From NCBI RefSeq assembly GCF_006345805.1, contig NC_043024.1, positions 15,686,001 through 15,750,000 on the forward strand: 64,000 nt of DNA. The letters are read 5' to 3'. The notes under the pieces were generated by a model. The model had not been told where the DNA came from. It was given only the letters and a program-made list of their open reading frames with translations, and did no database searches. Of the stretch, positions 51,556 through 63,500 are shown piece after piece (the stretch's first letter is position 1; each line of letters opens with the position of its first letter). Source of the stretch: Octopus sinensis. Its lineage: Eukaryota. The position numbers were made by a program, and so were the translations under genes.

Positions 51556-52018
51556 TATGCATATGCATATATAAATATACCCATACATCCACATGCATAA
51601 ACTAGTACCTACATATATTATAATATATTCTCCACCATATTATTATAAATACATACGCATATGTATATATATATTCTCTAAGAGTCCTTATATACATACA
51701 TTTACACGTATACATAAACTAAACCAAATACTATGCACATACAAACCTACTTTATATCCCTAAACCTAACCCTAATACATATACATATGCATATACATAC
51801 AAACATATACAGGTATATATGGAATATACATATATGTACACATGTATATATAACCCCACAGGTAATTATATATCCCAATCTAAATGAGTAAAAACAGAAA
51901 ATCAATATAAGTATAAGCTAGACTACATGCATATATATACATACATGTACACACACATACATACGCACACATACATACCTATATATATATTATATATATA
52001 TATATATGGTGTGTGTGT

Positions 52019-52106
<88 letters not shown>

Positions 52107-52661
52107 ATGTATGCTGTGCGTGAGAAGACCCGGCAAGACTAGTGAGGCCATAACCCGTGTGGCCCCTACTGGGACGTAGTCAGTCCACATGTGTACCTTC
52201 CTTCTTGTGACATTTGTGAAGACTGTTGAGGCAAGTGAAAATCAAACCAAATCAAAATAGATGAACAATCAATGGAATTTGTACCTTTGTGGTACCAGTG
52301 CCGGTGGCACATAAGAAAACCATCCAAACGTGGCCGTAGCCAGTACGGCATCAACTGGCCTCTGTGCTGTGGGCATGTAACAAACACCTTCCGATCGTGG
52401 CCGTTCGCCAGCCTGTCTGGCAACTGTGTCGGTGGCACATAAAAACACATCCGAGCGTGGCCGTTCGCAGTCATCTGGCACCTGTGTCGGTGGCACATAA
52501 ATCACCCACTACACTCTCGGGGTGGTTGGCATTAGGAAGGGCATCCAGCTGTAGAAACACTGCCAGATCTGACTGGCCTGGTGAAGCCTTCGGGCTCCCC
52601 AGACCCCAGTTGAACCGTCCAACCCATGCTAGCATGGAAAGCGGACGTTAAACGATGATGA

Positions 52662-52665
<4 letters not shown>
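52107..52665 (+). mobile_element. Longest family D copy, with internal ~50-60-bp tandem units
   Basis: Repeated gtg(t/c)cggtggcacataa..ccatccgagcgtggccgt units, then the D tail. Confidence 0.87.
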
Positions 52666-52701
<36 letters not shown>

Positions 52702-53810
52702 AGAGTTTATGAAAAAACAAAAGACGAAGACAGGTGGTGTACAAAACAAGCAGATGTATTAGTATAACGCATATATATATATATATATATATAGATATAT
52801 AGATATATATATACACATATATACATACACATACATACATATACATATCATCACATACACAAATCTACACTATGATCTATCCATAAGATCTAATATACAT
52901 AATTAATAACATAAAATAATAATAATTGAAAACTAACACATACATGTACATAAATACATACATATATCCATCTATACATATACGAATCCAAAAGTGTACT
53001 CAAGTGGGTGTGTACATGCACACATACTTTATACAGAACTTTATACTAAATAACAAGTGTAAATATATATCAATATACATGAACAAATGGATATATCTAC
53101 AAACAAAAACAAGTACATCAAGAACATACATATATGTACACACATATCGACACCTATGTATATAAACTTATTCACATACATTGTATATGTATGCAAATAT
53201 GTTTATATATATATATAGGTGTCGAGCAAATCGACCCCAGGACTTATTCTTTGTAAGCCTAGTACTTATTCTATTGGTCTATTTTTCCAAACTGCTATGT
53301 TCTGGGGACGATGGATATAAGTATGTATACCTATATTACATATGTGTGTGTATATGAATATAAGTAAATATATACCTATATTACAAGTGTATATACAAAT
53401 ATACACACTTACATTTACATATTTACATATTACCACACTCATTCAGCTACACACACACAACACATATATGCATATATGTACATACATATGTGTATACACT
53501 TATACATGCATATACATACATACACACATTATATATATATTCATACTCACTCATAGAAGATATATAATTGATTTCTATACATAGAAATTTACTGAATTTT
53601 GGAATTAATTTCACAGAATAAAAACATTTCATAAAGCAATTTCCATTTAATATTTTCAATGTTACCATTTTTAGAAGAATGTACTTTTCTCTGGAGTTCA
53701 TTTCATTATTTTTTTTCATTCTTTATTTTTCTATATCTTAATATAGCTTTTAATTATCATCATCATTATCATCACCATAATCATCATCATTATCATTACT
53801 ATTTTTTTTA

Positions 53811-54625
53811 AGGCAGCGAGTAGGCAGAATCCTTAGCATGCTGGGCAAAATACTTTGTGGTATTGTGTCCATCTTTATGTTCTGAGTTCAAATTCCACTG
53901 AGGTCAGCTTTACCTTTTATCCTTTCCAAGTACTAGTTGAGCAATAGGGTCAATGTAATTGATTTAAACCCCCTCCCCCAAAATTTGAAACCATTATCAT
54001 TGTTATTATTATTGAGTAAGGGAGTAATGCATACCATTAAAGTGACACTGGGGTAAAATATACGAAGCCCAGTATACCCTTCATAACTACCCGTCTGATA
54101 AGGGTACACTAGGCACATGCATTACAACTATATGGCCGCGACATGGTGATTTATATCAAGATAAACAGCGCATGACCTTGCAGGTGGGGCTCAGTTAGAA
54201 TTTTCTTCAGGTTGAGTAGTCCATCCTGCTCAAAAGGCCCTTGAATAAGGTTTGTTTAAAGCAAATTAAGGTGAAATATTTGCTGTAGCCCATCTTTTAT
54301 ACCAAGACAAAACAATGTACATGATAACACTTCCAGTCAATTAAGAGCAGAAGCCATGAGAGCCACTGCCTGGTACTACATCAGGGCATTTATGGAGCAG
54401 AATATTTGCTGTAGCCCATCTTTTACACCAAGATAAAATATGTACATGATAACACTTCGAATCAGTTAGCAGAATTGTTAGCATACCAGGCAAAATGCAT
54501 AACAGCATTTTGTCCGTCTTTACATTCTGAGTTCAAATTCTACTGTGGTCGACTTTGCCTTTCACCCACTTGGGGTTGATAAATTAGATACCAGTGGAAC
54601 ACTGGGGTCAATGAATTTGAGCTTT
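53811..54625. mobile_element. SINE B (53811-53990), internally deleted family C (54013-54388, minus) with partial duplication, SINE B (54475-54625)
   Basis: Family matches. Confidence 0.8.
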
Positions 54626-54651
54626 GTGACTTTAGTTAAAAGAACTATTAT

Positions 54652-54985
54652 TATTGTTGAAGATGTTACACTTTACCCATTATTGTGATGTTGTAGACTG
54701 GAGATTTTGAGTACCAGGAGGTTTTCACTGTCTTTCAAGTCACAACAAGGACCTCAGACAAACAATACTTTATGCAATATGCATGCAGTTCCAAATGATG
54801 CCAATTTTTGCAATATGTGAAGATTGCAGGCTATTTCTAAAGTGCGCAGATGTTTCTTCAGGTTGGATCATATCAAACCCAAGAACAACTTCTATGTTTG
54901 ACTCTTGCAGTTGCCACATCTTGGCGATGTCATCTCTCAGATCTCCATATTTGTGGACCTTTTCTCTTTTTTTTCTTCCATAGTA
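54652..54985 (-). mobile_element. Third divergent R4/Dong-clade 3' end
   Basis: EKVHKYGDLRDDIAKMWQLQESNIEVV...LKKHLRTLEI...LQKLASFGTACILHKVL, with 3'UTR ending (AAT)n. Confidence 0.82.
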
Positions 54986-55166
54986 TTGTATACCTTGTGT
55001 ACTTCCCTACTTTTAATGAATACTGTATATGCTTTTCTTTTGGTTTTTATTACCATTTCATTATATGTAAAATCCCACACTTTATGTCTGTCTCTGTATT
55101 GTCTCACTCATCTTTTGCCCTGGTGGCAAGTAAAGAAAATCATTATTACTATTATTATCATTATTG

Positions 55167-56108
55167 AGACAGCGAGCTGGCAGAAACATTAGCACCAGGC
55201 GAAATGCTTAGCAGTATTTCATCTGCCACTACGTTCTGAGTTCAAATTCCACCGAGGTCAACTTTTGCCTTTCATCCTTTTGGGTCGATAAATTAAGTAC
55301 CAGTGAAGTCAATGTAACTGACTAGTCGTCTCCCCATTAAATTTGAGGTCTTGTGCTTCCCATAAAATGGATCATCATCATCATCATCATCATTATTATC
55401 ATCATTATTATCATTATTATTATTATTATTATGGCGTCGAACTGGCAGAACTGTAAGAACTTAGCAGCATTTTGTCTGTTTTACATTCTGAATTCAAATT
55501 CTGCCAAGGTTGACTTTTGGAGTCAATGAAATAAGTACCAGCCGAGCGCAGGGTCGATGTGATTGACTAGTCCCCTCCCCCCAAATTTCGAGCCTTGTGC
55601 CTATAGTAGAAAGAATTATTATTATTATTATTGAGTGAGACATCAGTGCATGCCATCAAAGTGACACTGGGGTAAAATATACCCAGTATACCCATCATGA
55701 CTACCCATCTGATAAGGGTACAGTAGGCACATGCATCAAAAACCATATGTGCATGACATGGTGATCTCATATCAAGGTAAGCAGCACATGACCTTGCAGG
55801 TGGGGCGCTGTTAGAATTTTCTTCAGGTTGAGTAGCCCATCCCGCTCAAAAAGTTCCTGAATAAGGATTGTTTAAGGATGTTGAAAGAACCACCCATGTT
55901 TCCAGAGGTGAATTATTCAAACCCCAAAGAATCCCTCTCAACATACGGCTATGATGCTCCCCCACTACTTCTGCTCATGGTCAGAAATGCACATATCGTC
56001 AGCCACTAAGGGACATGCTCAACTGGTTACGGTCAAACAACTGACAAGCAAATCTGTGGTATTGAGCAGAATATTTGCTGTAGCCCAACTTTTATACCAA
56101 GACAAAAC
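55167..56108. mobile_element. Two SINE B type ii (55167-55370, 55431-55615, plus) and family C (55633-56108, minus)
   Basis: Family matches. Confidence 0.83.
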
Positions 56109-56112
56109 ATTA

Positions 56113-56173
<61 letters not shown>

Positions 56174-56302
56174 CCTTATTATTTCCCTTAAGTGAATACG
56201 CCACATATCATTACCAAAATGTAATTTTCCACAATTAATCCTATCCTCTACTACCCCCCACACGCACACACTACATTCCAGTAGATAATTCCAGTAAGAA
56301 TT

Positions 56303-56310
56303 TATAAAAG
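56303..56310 (+). promoter_or_regulatory. TATA box-like TATAAAAG upstream of a candidate alternative first exon
   Basis: Canonical octamer in a non-repeat island, 50 nt before ATG 56353. The motif is common by chance in AT-rich DNA. Confidence 0.25.
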
Positions 56311-56352
56311 TGCACAAGGAATGGAGTGGTGCAGAGTGGAGAGGTGCATGGT

Positions 56353-56385
56353 ATGGTGCAGGGGTTCGATAGATTCGTTGCTGCA
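56353..56385 (+). CDS. KCNH2: Candidate alternative first coding exon (MVQGFDRFVAA) splicing onto VLSLGADV
   Basis: ggtATGg context, in-frame TAA at 56305, phase-0 GTAAGT donor at 56386. Purely predicted. Confidence 0.3.
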
Positions 56386-56677
56386 GTAAGTAGCATGGTA
56401 GACAGTTTTAAGTGTAAAACAGTGTTTTCTGAAATTATAAGATGTCGCACATTCCATTAACTTTGTCCCTTGGCGGTAGTCAGACGAACGGTTCTCCACC
56501 ATTCAATTAATTATACAGCCTTCCACTCCCCATGGCCACCCCCCACTGCCACCACCTTCACTGTTATCTCCGTATCTCCTCTGTGGGTGGGTTTTATATA
56601 TTTATAAACCTGCTCTACCCTCATCTCCCTCTTTCTCATTGCTTGAGTGACAGGGTTTGTATTCGTTTTAATTGGAT

Positions 56678-56712
<35 letters not shown>

Positions 56713-56968
56713 ATTTCCATATATACTCACATATACACAGGTACACGCACACATACAATATGCACGTGTATATATATATATATATTATATATATATATAT
56801 GCATACACACATATATATCTGTATCAACACAGAAGCACACACAATATTCAGTACTATTTTAAGTTTGTGAACACTTTTGTTCAAAAACAAGAGCATCATA
56901 TAATGTGTGTGTGTGTCTGTGTAGATAAATATATATATTTGTATACGTGTAGGTTTATATATGCGTGC

Positions 56969-57006
<38 letters not shown>

Positions 57007-57183
57007 TAATAATAATATTAGGGAGTAAATCCAAACTTACAGGGAAAAATTAGATTTAGGATTTTTATCTCTAATTTAATATATTTATATATATATATAT
57101 GTATATATATGCATGTTTGTGTATATAAATATATGTACACATGTATGTATATAAATATGTGTCTATGTGTGTGTGTGTATATA

Positions 57184-57668
57184 TACTCTTTTACTCTTTT
57201 ATTTGTTTGAGCCATTTGACTGTGGCCATGTTGGAACATTGCCTTTAGTCGAGCAAATCGACTCTGGGACTTATTCTTTGTAAGCCCAGTACTTATTCTA
57301 TCAATCACTTTTGCTGAACCGCTAAGTTACACTAAGTTACAGAGACGTAAAGGATTTAAATTTCAGGTATGTGGATGCATGACAAATAGGCTTGTCCCAT
57401 GGACTCATGGATCTTCTCATATCCTACCTTGTCATGAAGGCAGTGAGGTGGTAGAAGCGTTAGCACGCGGGGCGAAATGCTTAGCGGTATTTCATCTGCT
57501 GTTACGTTCTGAGTTCAAATTCTGCCGAGGTCGACTTTGCCTTTCATCCTTTCGGGATCGATAAATTAAGTACCAATTACACACTGGGGTCAATGTAATC
57601 GACTTAATCCCTTTGTCTGTCCTTGTTTGTCCTCTCTGTGTTTAGCCCCTTGTGGGTAGTAAAGAAAT
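57184..57668. mobile_element. SINE A tail (minus, 57184-57330) and SINE B type i (plus, 57441-57668)
   Basis: Family matches. Confidence 0.85.
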
Positions 57669-57726
57669 GAGATAGATTTGTCCTATAGACTCATGAAAAT
57701 TTGTCATAGGCAACTGAGTCAAACTG

Positions 57727-58095
57727 TTATTACCTCCATCTTAGCGATGGTGGAGGTATTGTTTTCAGTTGTACTTGTTTGTTTGTCCATGGATAAGATA
57801 TCTCAAGAACTGCTTAATGGATTTGGATGAAACTTTCAGGGATGTTTGTCCTTGTGACTGGCACAAACTGATTAGATTTTAGGATTGATCTGGTATCAGA
57901 CAAGGATTCTGGATTATTTTTCCGTTTTTTTTACTTAATTTTTAAGAGCAGTTGGGTTCATTTTTAGTATTCTCATTTGTGAGAGCAGTCGAGTTTATTT
58001 CAGATATTCTCATTTTAAAAATCATCTCTGGCTAATGGTTCAGAGGACGTTGGTGTTGTGTTGGTGGAGGTTTGTGCTCTCTGAGTGCTCTTATT
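57727..58095 (+). mobile_element. HINE-like element, second copy
   Basis: acctccatc..gatggtggaggt 5' hairpin and ggtggaggtttgtgctctctgagtgc 3' end. Homologous to 13257-13622. Confidence 0.62.
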
Positions 58096-58146
58096 TGTTT
58101 TTGTGTCTTTATTTATAACAAAATCAATTTTAACATAATATATATA

Positions 58147-58181
<35 letters not shown>

Positions 58182-58182
58182 G

Positions 58183-58480
58183 CACACCTTTCAATGCCAT
58201 GTATGCCAGAAAGTTTGCAATTCTAACGGAGGCATCAAAAGACATTTTAAGATCCACAAACCTCAGAACTTATCGGCAGCTCTTGGTGGTCCAAATCAGA
58301 TGAGCAATGTATGTGGGTGTCTTTCAGAACATTGTCTGGTTTAAAAAGCCACATCAGATGCCATGATGGTTCAAAGGTGTTGGTACAGGAGGTGGTCAGA
58401 TTCTGCATAAGGAGTAGACAACAATCCAACCATCCCAGTATGGAAAGTGAACGTTAAACAATGATGATAATGATAATGAT
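58183..58480 (+). mobile_element. LINE 3' end encoding two C2H2 fingers and ending in a family-D-like tail
   Basis: FQCHVCQKVCNSNGGIKRHFKIH and (frameshifted) NVCG..FRTLSGLKSHIRCH, then tccaacc..ccagtatggaaagtgaacgttaaacaatgatgat. Confidence 0.7.
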
Positions 58481-58797
58481 TTATTAACTACTAACCTAAC
58501 GATGATATATTAACTACTAACGATTAACCCGAGCAAGCAAATTCATTCTTTAGACTATTACTAGTCAGGAAATCATAAAGTGGCACAAACAGGTGACTTT
58601 TGGAATGTTTTAAATGTGTAATTCGTGTATATTCACCTGATAAAAACCGTTTTTTTTTTCCACATGATGTTATATCTCTGTTCATCAATTAAAAAGTTTC
58701 TTGGAAACAGCTGTAGTGAATGACTCATTATTAATCTGTTGTTATACACATATGTATTTACATATTTTTCATCGTTATTGTTTTTCTGCTTTTGCAG

Positions 58798-59229
58798 GTA
58801 CTTTCTCTTGGAGCTGACGTCATTCCAGAGTACAAACTGCAATCATCTCGCATCCACAGGTGCACAATTCTTCATTATTCTCCGTTCAAAGCTGTTTGGG
58901 ACTGGATTATTCTTCTCCTTGTGATCTACACAGCAATATTTACTCCCTATGTTGCAGCTTTTCTTTTAAGTGAGGAACGTAAAAAGGAAGCTTATCAGAG
59001 CGTGCAAAACTCTTATCAAGATCCTCTCACCATTATAGACCTTATTGTCGATGTGATGTTTATCATCGACATTCTTATCAACTTCCGTACCACGTATGTC
59101 AATAAAAACGATGAAGTAGTCAGCCATCCAGGGAAAATTGCTGTTCATTATTTTAAGGGTTGGTTTCTCATTGATGTGGTGGCAGCCATCCCATTTGACT
59201 TGTTACTGTTCGGTTCAGAAACTGATGAA
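58798..59229 (+). CDS. KCNH2: ERG channel exon encoding pre-S1, S1, S2, S3 ([15 protein letters not shown]...FKAVWDW...[11 protein letters not shown]...[28 protein letters not shown])
   Basis: Near-identical to the hERG exon 6 peptide. tttgcag acceptor, GTAAGT donor at 59230, 432 nt, phase 0-0. Confidence 0.98.
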
Positions 59230-59381
59230 GTAAGTACAAGCACATATGCATATGTGCTCATACATGCACATACTTGCACCACACGTATGCACATAGATAC
59301 ATATGTATGTAGATACATACATGCATAGAAATAAAATACATGTGCACACACACACACACATACACACTACACTGATGTACT

Positions 59382-59431
<50 letters not shown>

Positions 59432-59448
59432 CACACACACACAAATAT

Positions 59449-59831
59449 ACTCTTTTACTTGTTTCGGTGATTTGACTGTGGCCATGCTGGAGCACCGCCT
59501 TTAGTCAAGCAAATTCTTTGTAAGCCTAGTACTTATTCTATCAGTCTATTTTGCCAAACCGCTAAGTTACAGGGACATAAACACACCAGCATCAGTTGTC
59601 AAGCGATGTTGAGGGGACAAACATATACACACACATACATATATATACACACACACACACATACATACGACGGGCTTCTTTCAGTTTCCATCTAATAAAT
59701 CCACTCACAAGGCTTTGGTTGGCCCGAGGCTATAGTATAAGACACTTGCCCAAGGTGCCACGCAGTGGGACTGGACCTGGAACCATGTGGTTGGTAAGCA
59801 AGCTACTTACCACACAGACACTCTTGCGCCT
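59449..59831 (-). mobile_element. SINE family A, 220 bp downstream of the S1-S3 exon; an inverted tail fragment lies at 60046-60098
   Basis: Reverse-complement match. Confidence 0.9.
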
Positions 59832-60260
59832 ATATATATATATATGAAAATATACACACATATACATGCTGATACATTCCAGCATAGAACAAAATGTGTA
59901 CACACACACACATATACACACTATACACAGATATGTACTTATATATGTATATGAAAATATACACACATAAACATGCAGACACATACAAGCATACATGCAT
60001 TGATATGTACAGACAAGCAGAGATTTAAAGTACATGTATACACATAGGCGGTGCTCCAGCATGGCCACAGTCAAATGACTGAAACAAGTAAAAGAGTATA
60101 TACATTCACATATGCATATACACAATACACACAAGTATGTTCTTACTCATGTATATACACAGATATACATAATGCACATAACTGTGTTGCATGTATACAC
60201 ATAGATATATATGTATATAGATACATAAAAGCATTGAAATATATATACAGGCACAGTCAT

Positions 60261-60309
<49 letters not shown>

Positions 60310-60804
60310 CATACATATATGCATACATGCACACACACACACACACATGAAAGCACATATATACACATATACATACAGACTGACAGATCCACACACCCAC
60401 ATACATATACATACATGCATATATACGAATATGTATATGCACATACACACATGCAAAAATGCATACATATACATTCACACAGACACACACATGTATATCT
60501 GTGCATCCATGTCTTTACTTTTGAAATATTTCATTATTATTATTGTTGTTTATGTTATATATATATGATGTTCTGTGTTCAATTCTTGCCAAGGCCAGCT
60601 TTGCCTTTCATCATTCCAGGGTTGATTAAATAAATTACCTGTGAAGTATTGATTCACTTTGATCGACTACCCCCCCCCACACACACACACACTGTCCCCC
60701 ATCCCAGTTTGAGACCTTGTGCCAAAGTATGAAATTATTATTACTACTACTACTACTACTATTATTATTATTATTATTATTATTATTATCATTATTATTA
60801 TTAT

Positions 60805-60945
60805 TATTATCCTTTTCTTTTGATTTTGTTTCCATTTCTTGCTGAGGGTCTTCTTGACATCTAGGGCAAAGAAACTCACTGGATAGATTTGTAGGCCATT
60901 AAAACAAAATACACCCCATTGTTCATTTGCAAAGTCATGTGGTAG
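60805..60945 (-). mobile_element. Dong-type 3'UTR fragment next to (ATT)n; sister copy at about 8550-8660
   Basis: Shares gccgag/gctgag..tcttcttgaca(c/t)ctagggca.agaa, also present in the 3'UTR of 8704-9228. Confidence 0.6.
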
Positions 60946-60987
60946 AAAAAAAGAGTAAGAAAGAAAGAAAGAATAAAAAATTTTTAA

Positions 60988-61903
60988 AATCATCATCATC
61001 ATCGTTTAACGTCTGCTTTCCATGCTAGCATGGGTTGGACGATTTGACTGAGGTCTGGCGAACCAGATGGCTGCACCAGGCTCCAGTCTGATCTGGCAGT
61101 GTTTCTACAGCTGGATGCACTTCCTAACGCCAAGCACTCCGAGAGTGTAGTGGGTGCTTTTATGTGCCACCAGCACGAGAGCCAGTCAGGTGGTACTGAT
61201 GGATAAGAATTTAAAAAAAAAAAAAGAAAACAAAGAGAATATCTGGGTAAAAAAGGAAAGAAAATTCACAGCCACAATGCTATTATCAATATGTGTGATG
61301 TACCAGTTAAAACAATCTTTGGAATTTCTTGCATGGTAAACCAGGGATCACCCTCAAATAATTTTCAGTTATCATTGTTATTATTGAGTGAGAGAGTAGT
61401 GCATACCACCAAAGTGACTCTGGGTTACAAATATACAGAGCCCAGTGTACCCATTATGCCTAACCGTCTGATAAGGGTATACCAGGCACGTGCATCACAA
61501 CCAAATGTGCGCGACATGGTGATCTCATATCAAGATAAACGGCGCATGACCTTGCAGGTGGGGCCCAGTTAGAATTTTCTTCAGGTCGAGTATCCCATCT
61601 CACTCAAAAGGTCCCTGAATAAGGGTTATTTAAGGATGTTGAACGAGGCACTCATGTTTCCAGAGGTGAACTATTCAAACCCCAAAGAATCCCTCTCAAC
61701 ACATGATCAGAGATGCCTATGTCATCAAGGACTAAGGGACATGCTCAACTGGTTAAAGTCAAGCAACTGATAAGCAAATCTGTGGTATTGAGCAGAATAT
61801 TTGCTGTTAGCCCATCTTTTTTACCAAGACAAAACAATGTACATGATAACACTTCCAGTCAGTTAAGACCAAAATCCATGAGAGCCACTGCCTGGTACTG
61901 CAT
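60988..61903 (-). mobile_element. Family D (60988-61200) and family C (61385-61903, with internal deletion)
   Basis: Family matches. Confidence 0.84.
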
Positions 61904-62031
61904 CAAATTGAGAAGTGGTGATGAGTGACAATTCTGTAAATAGTAATAATAATAATATTTAAGCTTAAAGCTTATAAGCAATCACCATGTATTGACTAAC
62001 GAAAATAGACTAATATTGAGGCATATAAGCC

Positions 62032-62156
62032 CTTAACAGAAAAAAAGTGGGTTTTCTGTATGCATGGCATTTGAATCTGCACTCCTTATATTCATGAATA
62101 TAAGAGGTGTAGATTCAAGTCCTATACAAACAGAAAACCCACTTTTTCCTGTTAAG
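62032..62156. repeat. 125-bp spacerless imperfect palindrome
   Basis: Centre ttatattca|tgaatataa; the arms are about 85% complementary. Confidence 0.92.
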
Positions 62157-62162
62157 CCTCCC

Positions 62163-62360
62163 CTGACACCTGTGCCGGTGGCATGTAAAAAGCACCCACT
62201 ACACTCACGGAGTGGTTGGCGTTAGGAAAGGCATCCAGCTGTAGAAACACTGCTAGATCAGACTGGAGCCTGGTGCAGCCTCCTGGATTCCCAGACCCCG
62301 GTCGAACTGTCCAACCCATGCTAGCATGGAAAATGGACGTTAAACGACAATGATAATGAT
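62163..62360 (+). mobile_element. Family D 3' part
   Basis: Family match. Confidence 0.88.
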
Positions 62361-62361
62361 T

Positions 62362-62752
62362 CTGGGGGGCTGACGATCATGGTAGGTCTTCCATTTGCTC
62401 ATCGTCTTCCAGGGATGTTTTTTCCACTTTTTAAGCACCCGTGCCCCTCAGAACATTGCATACAACCCATTGCCTCATGGCTGTAAGCTTGCTGAAGCAT
62501 GGTTAATGTCTCTGTAGCAGATTTCCCAAGTTTAACACGAAATTCACGGCTCTTTGTTCTTTTCCATGAGAAAATCACAAACTACAACATACATCTGATC
62601 ACAAAAATACAAATTTCACATCTTGTGAAGTACATACATAGATGTCACTTGGCATACTGCCTCATGAAGGTCACTGCTGGCTCTCACTGTGCTGCCATCT
62701 GTTGGTGCATTACAGAACTAGTCCAGGAACTTTTTTATACCACTGCCTATTT
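62362..62752 (-). mobile_element. Mariner 5' fragment (HTH region)
   Basis: EQRA..F.VKLGKSATETLTMLQQAY..EAM...LKSGKTSLEDDE. Confidence 0.78.
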
Positions 62753-62789
62753 GTTACCAGCTTTTCTTGTGTGCTTGTGTGTCTCTGTA

Positions 62790-63500
62790 TCATCATCATC
62801 ATTTAACATCCGTTTTCCATGCTAGCATAGGTTGGATGGTTCAACTGGGGTCTGGGAAGCCAGGAGGCTGCACCAGGCTCCAGTCTGCTCTGGCAGTGTT
62901 TCTACAGCTGGAAGCCTTTCCTAACGCCAACCACTCTGAGACTGTAGTGGGTGCTTTTTATGTGCCACCAGTACAGGGCCCAGAGGAGGCTGGCAAACGG
63001 CCACAATCGTTTGGTGCTTTTACGTGTCACCGACATGGATGCCAGTCAGGCGGCACTGGCATCTGTCACGTTTGGACGGTGCTTTTTACGTGTCACCAGC
63101 ACAGGTATCTTAACTACAATTTCCATTCGATTTTTATTTTGATGTTAATGTACTTGACTCAATAGGTCTCCTCAAGAACAGCGGGTCACTCTACCATCCA
63201 AGGTTAGCACAGCAGGCCGTCCTGCAAGCCATGAACTCACTTCATTAGTCAGGTCTTTACAGTCACACCATATCTCAGAGGTCTCGGTTTTTGTCATTTC
63301 CTCTGTGAGGCCCAATGTGCCACCAGCACAGGTATCACAACAACAATATCCATATGATTTTTATTTTGATGTTGTTGTACTTGACTCAGTAGGTCTCCTC
63401 AAGCAAAGCAGGTTACCCTACAATCAAAGGTAAGCACAGCAGGCCATCCTGCAAACCATGAACTCACTTCATTTGTCGGGTCTTCGAAGTCACAGCATAT
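62790..63500 (-). mobile_element. Family D copy with tandemly duplicated 5' segment
   Basis: 63070-63310 is repeated at about 63315-63490. Confidence 0.82.
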
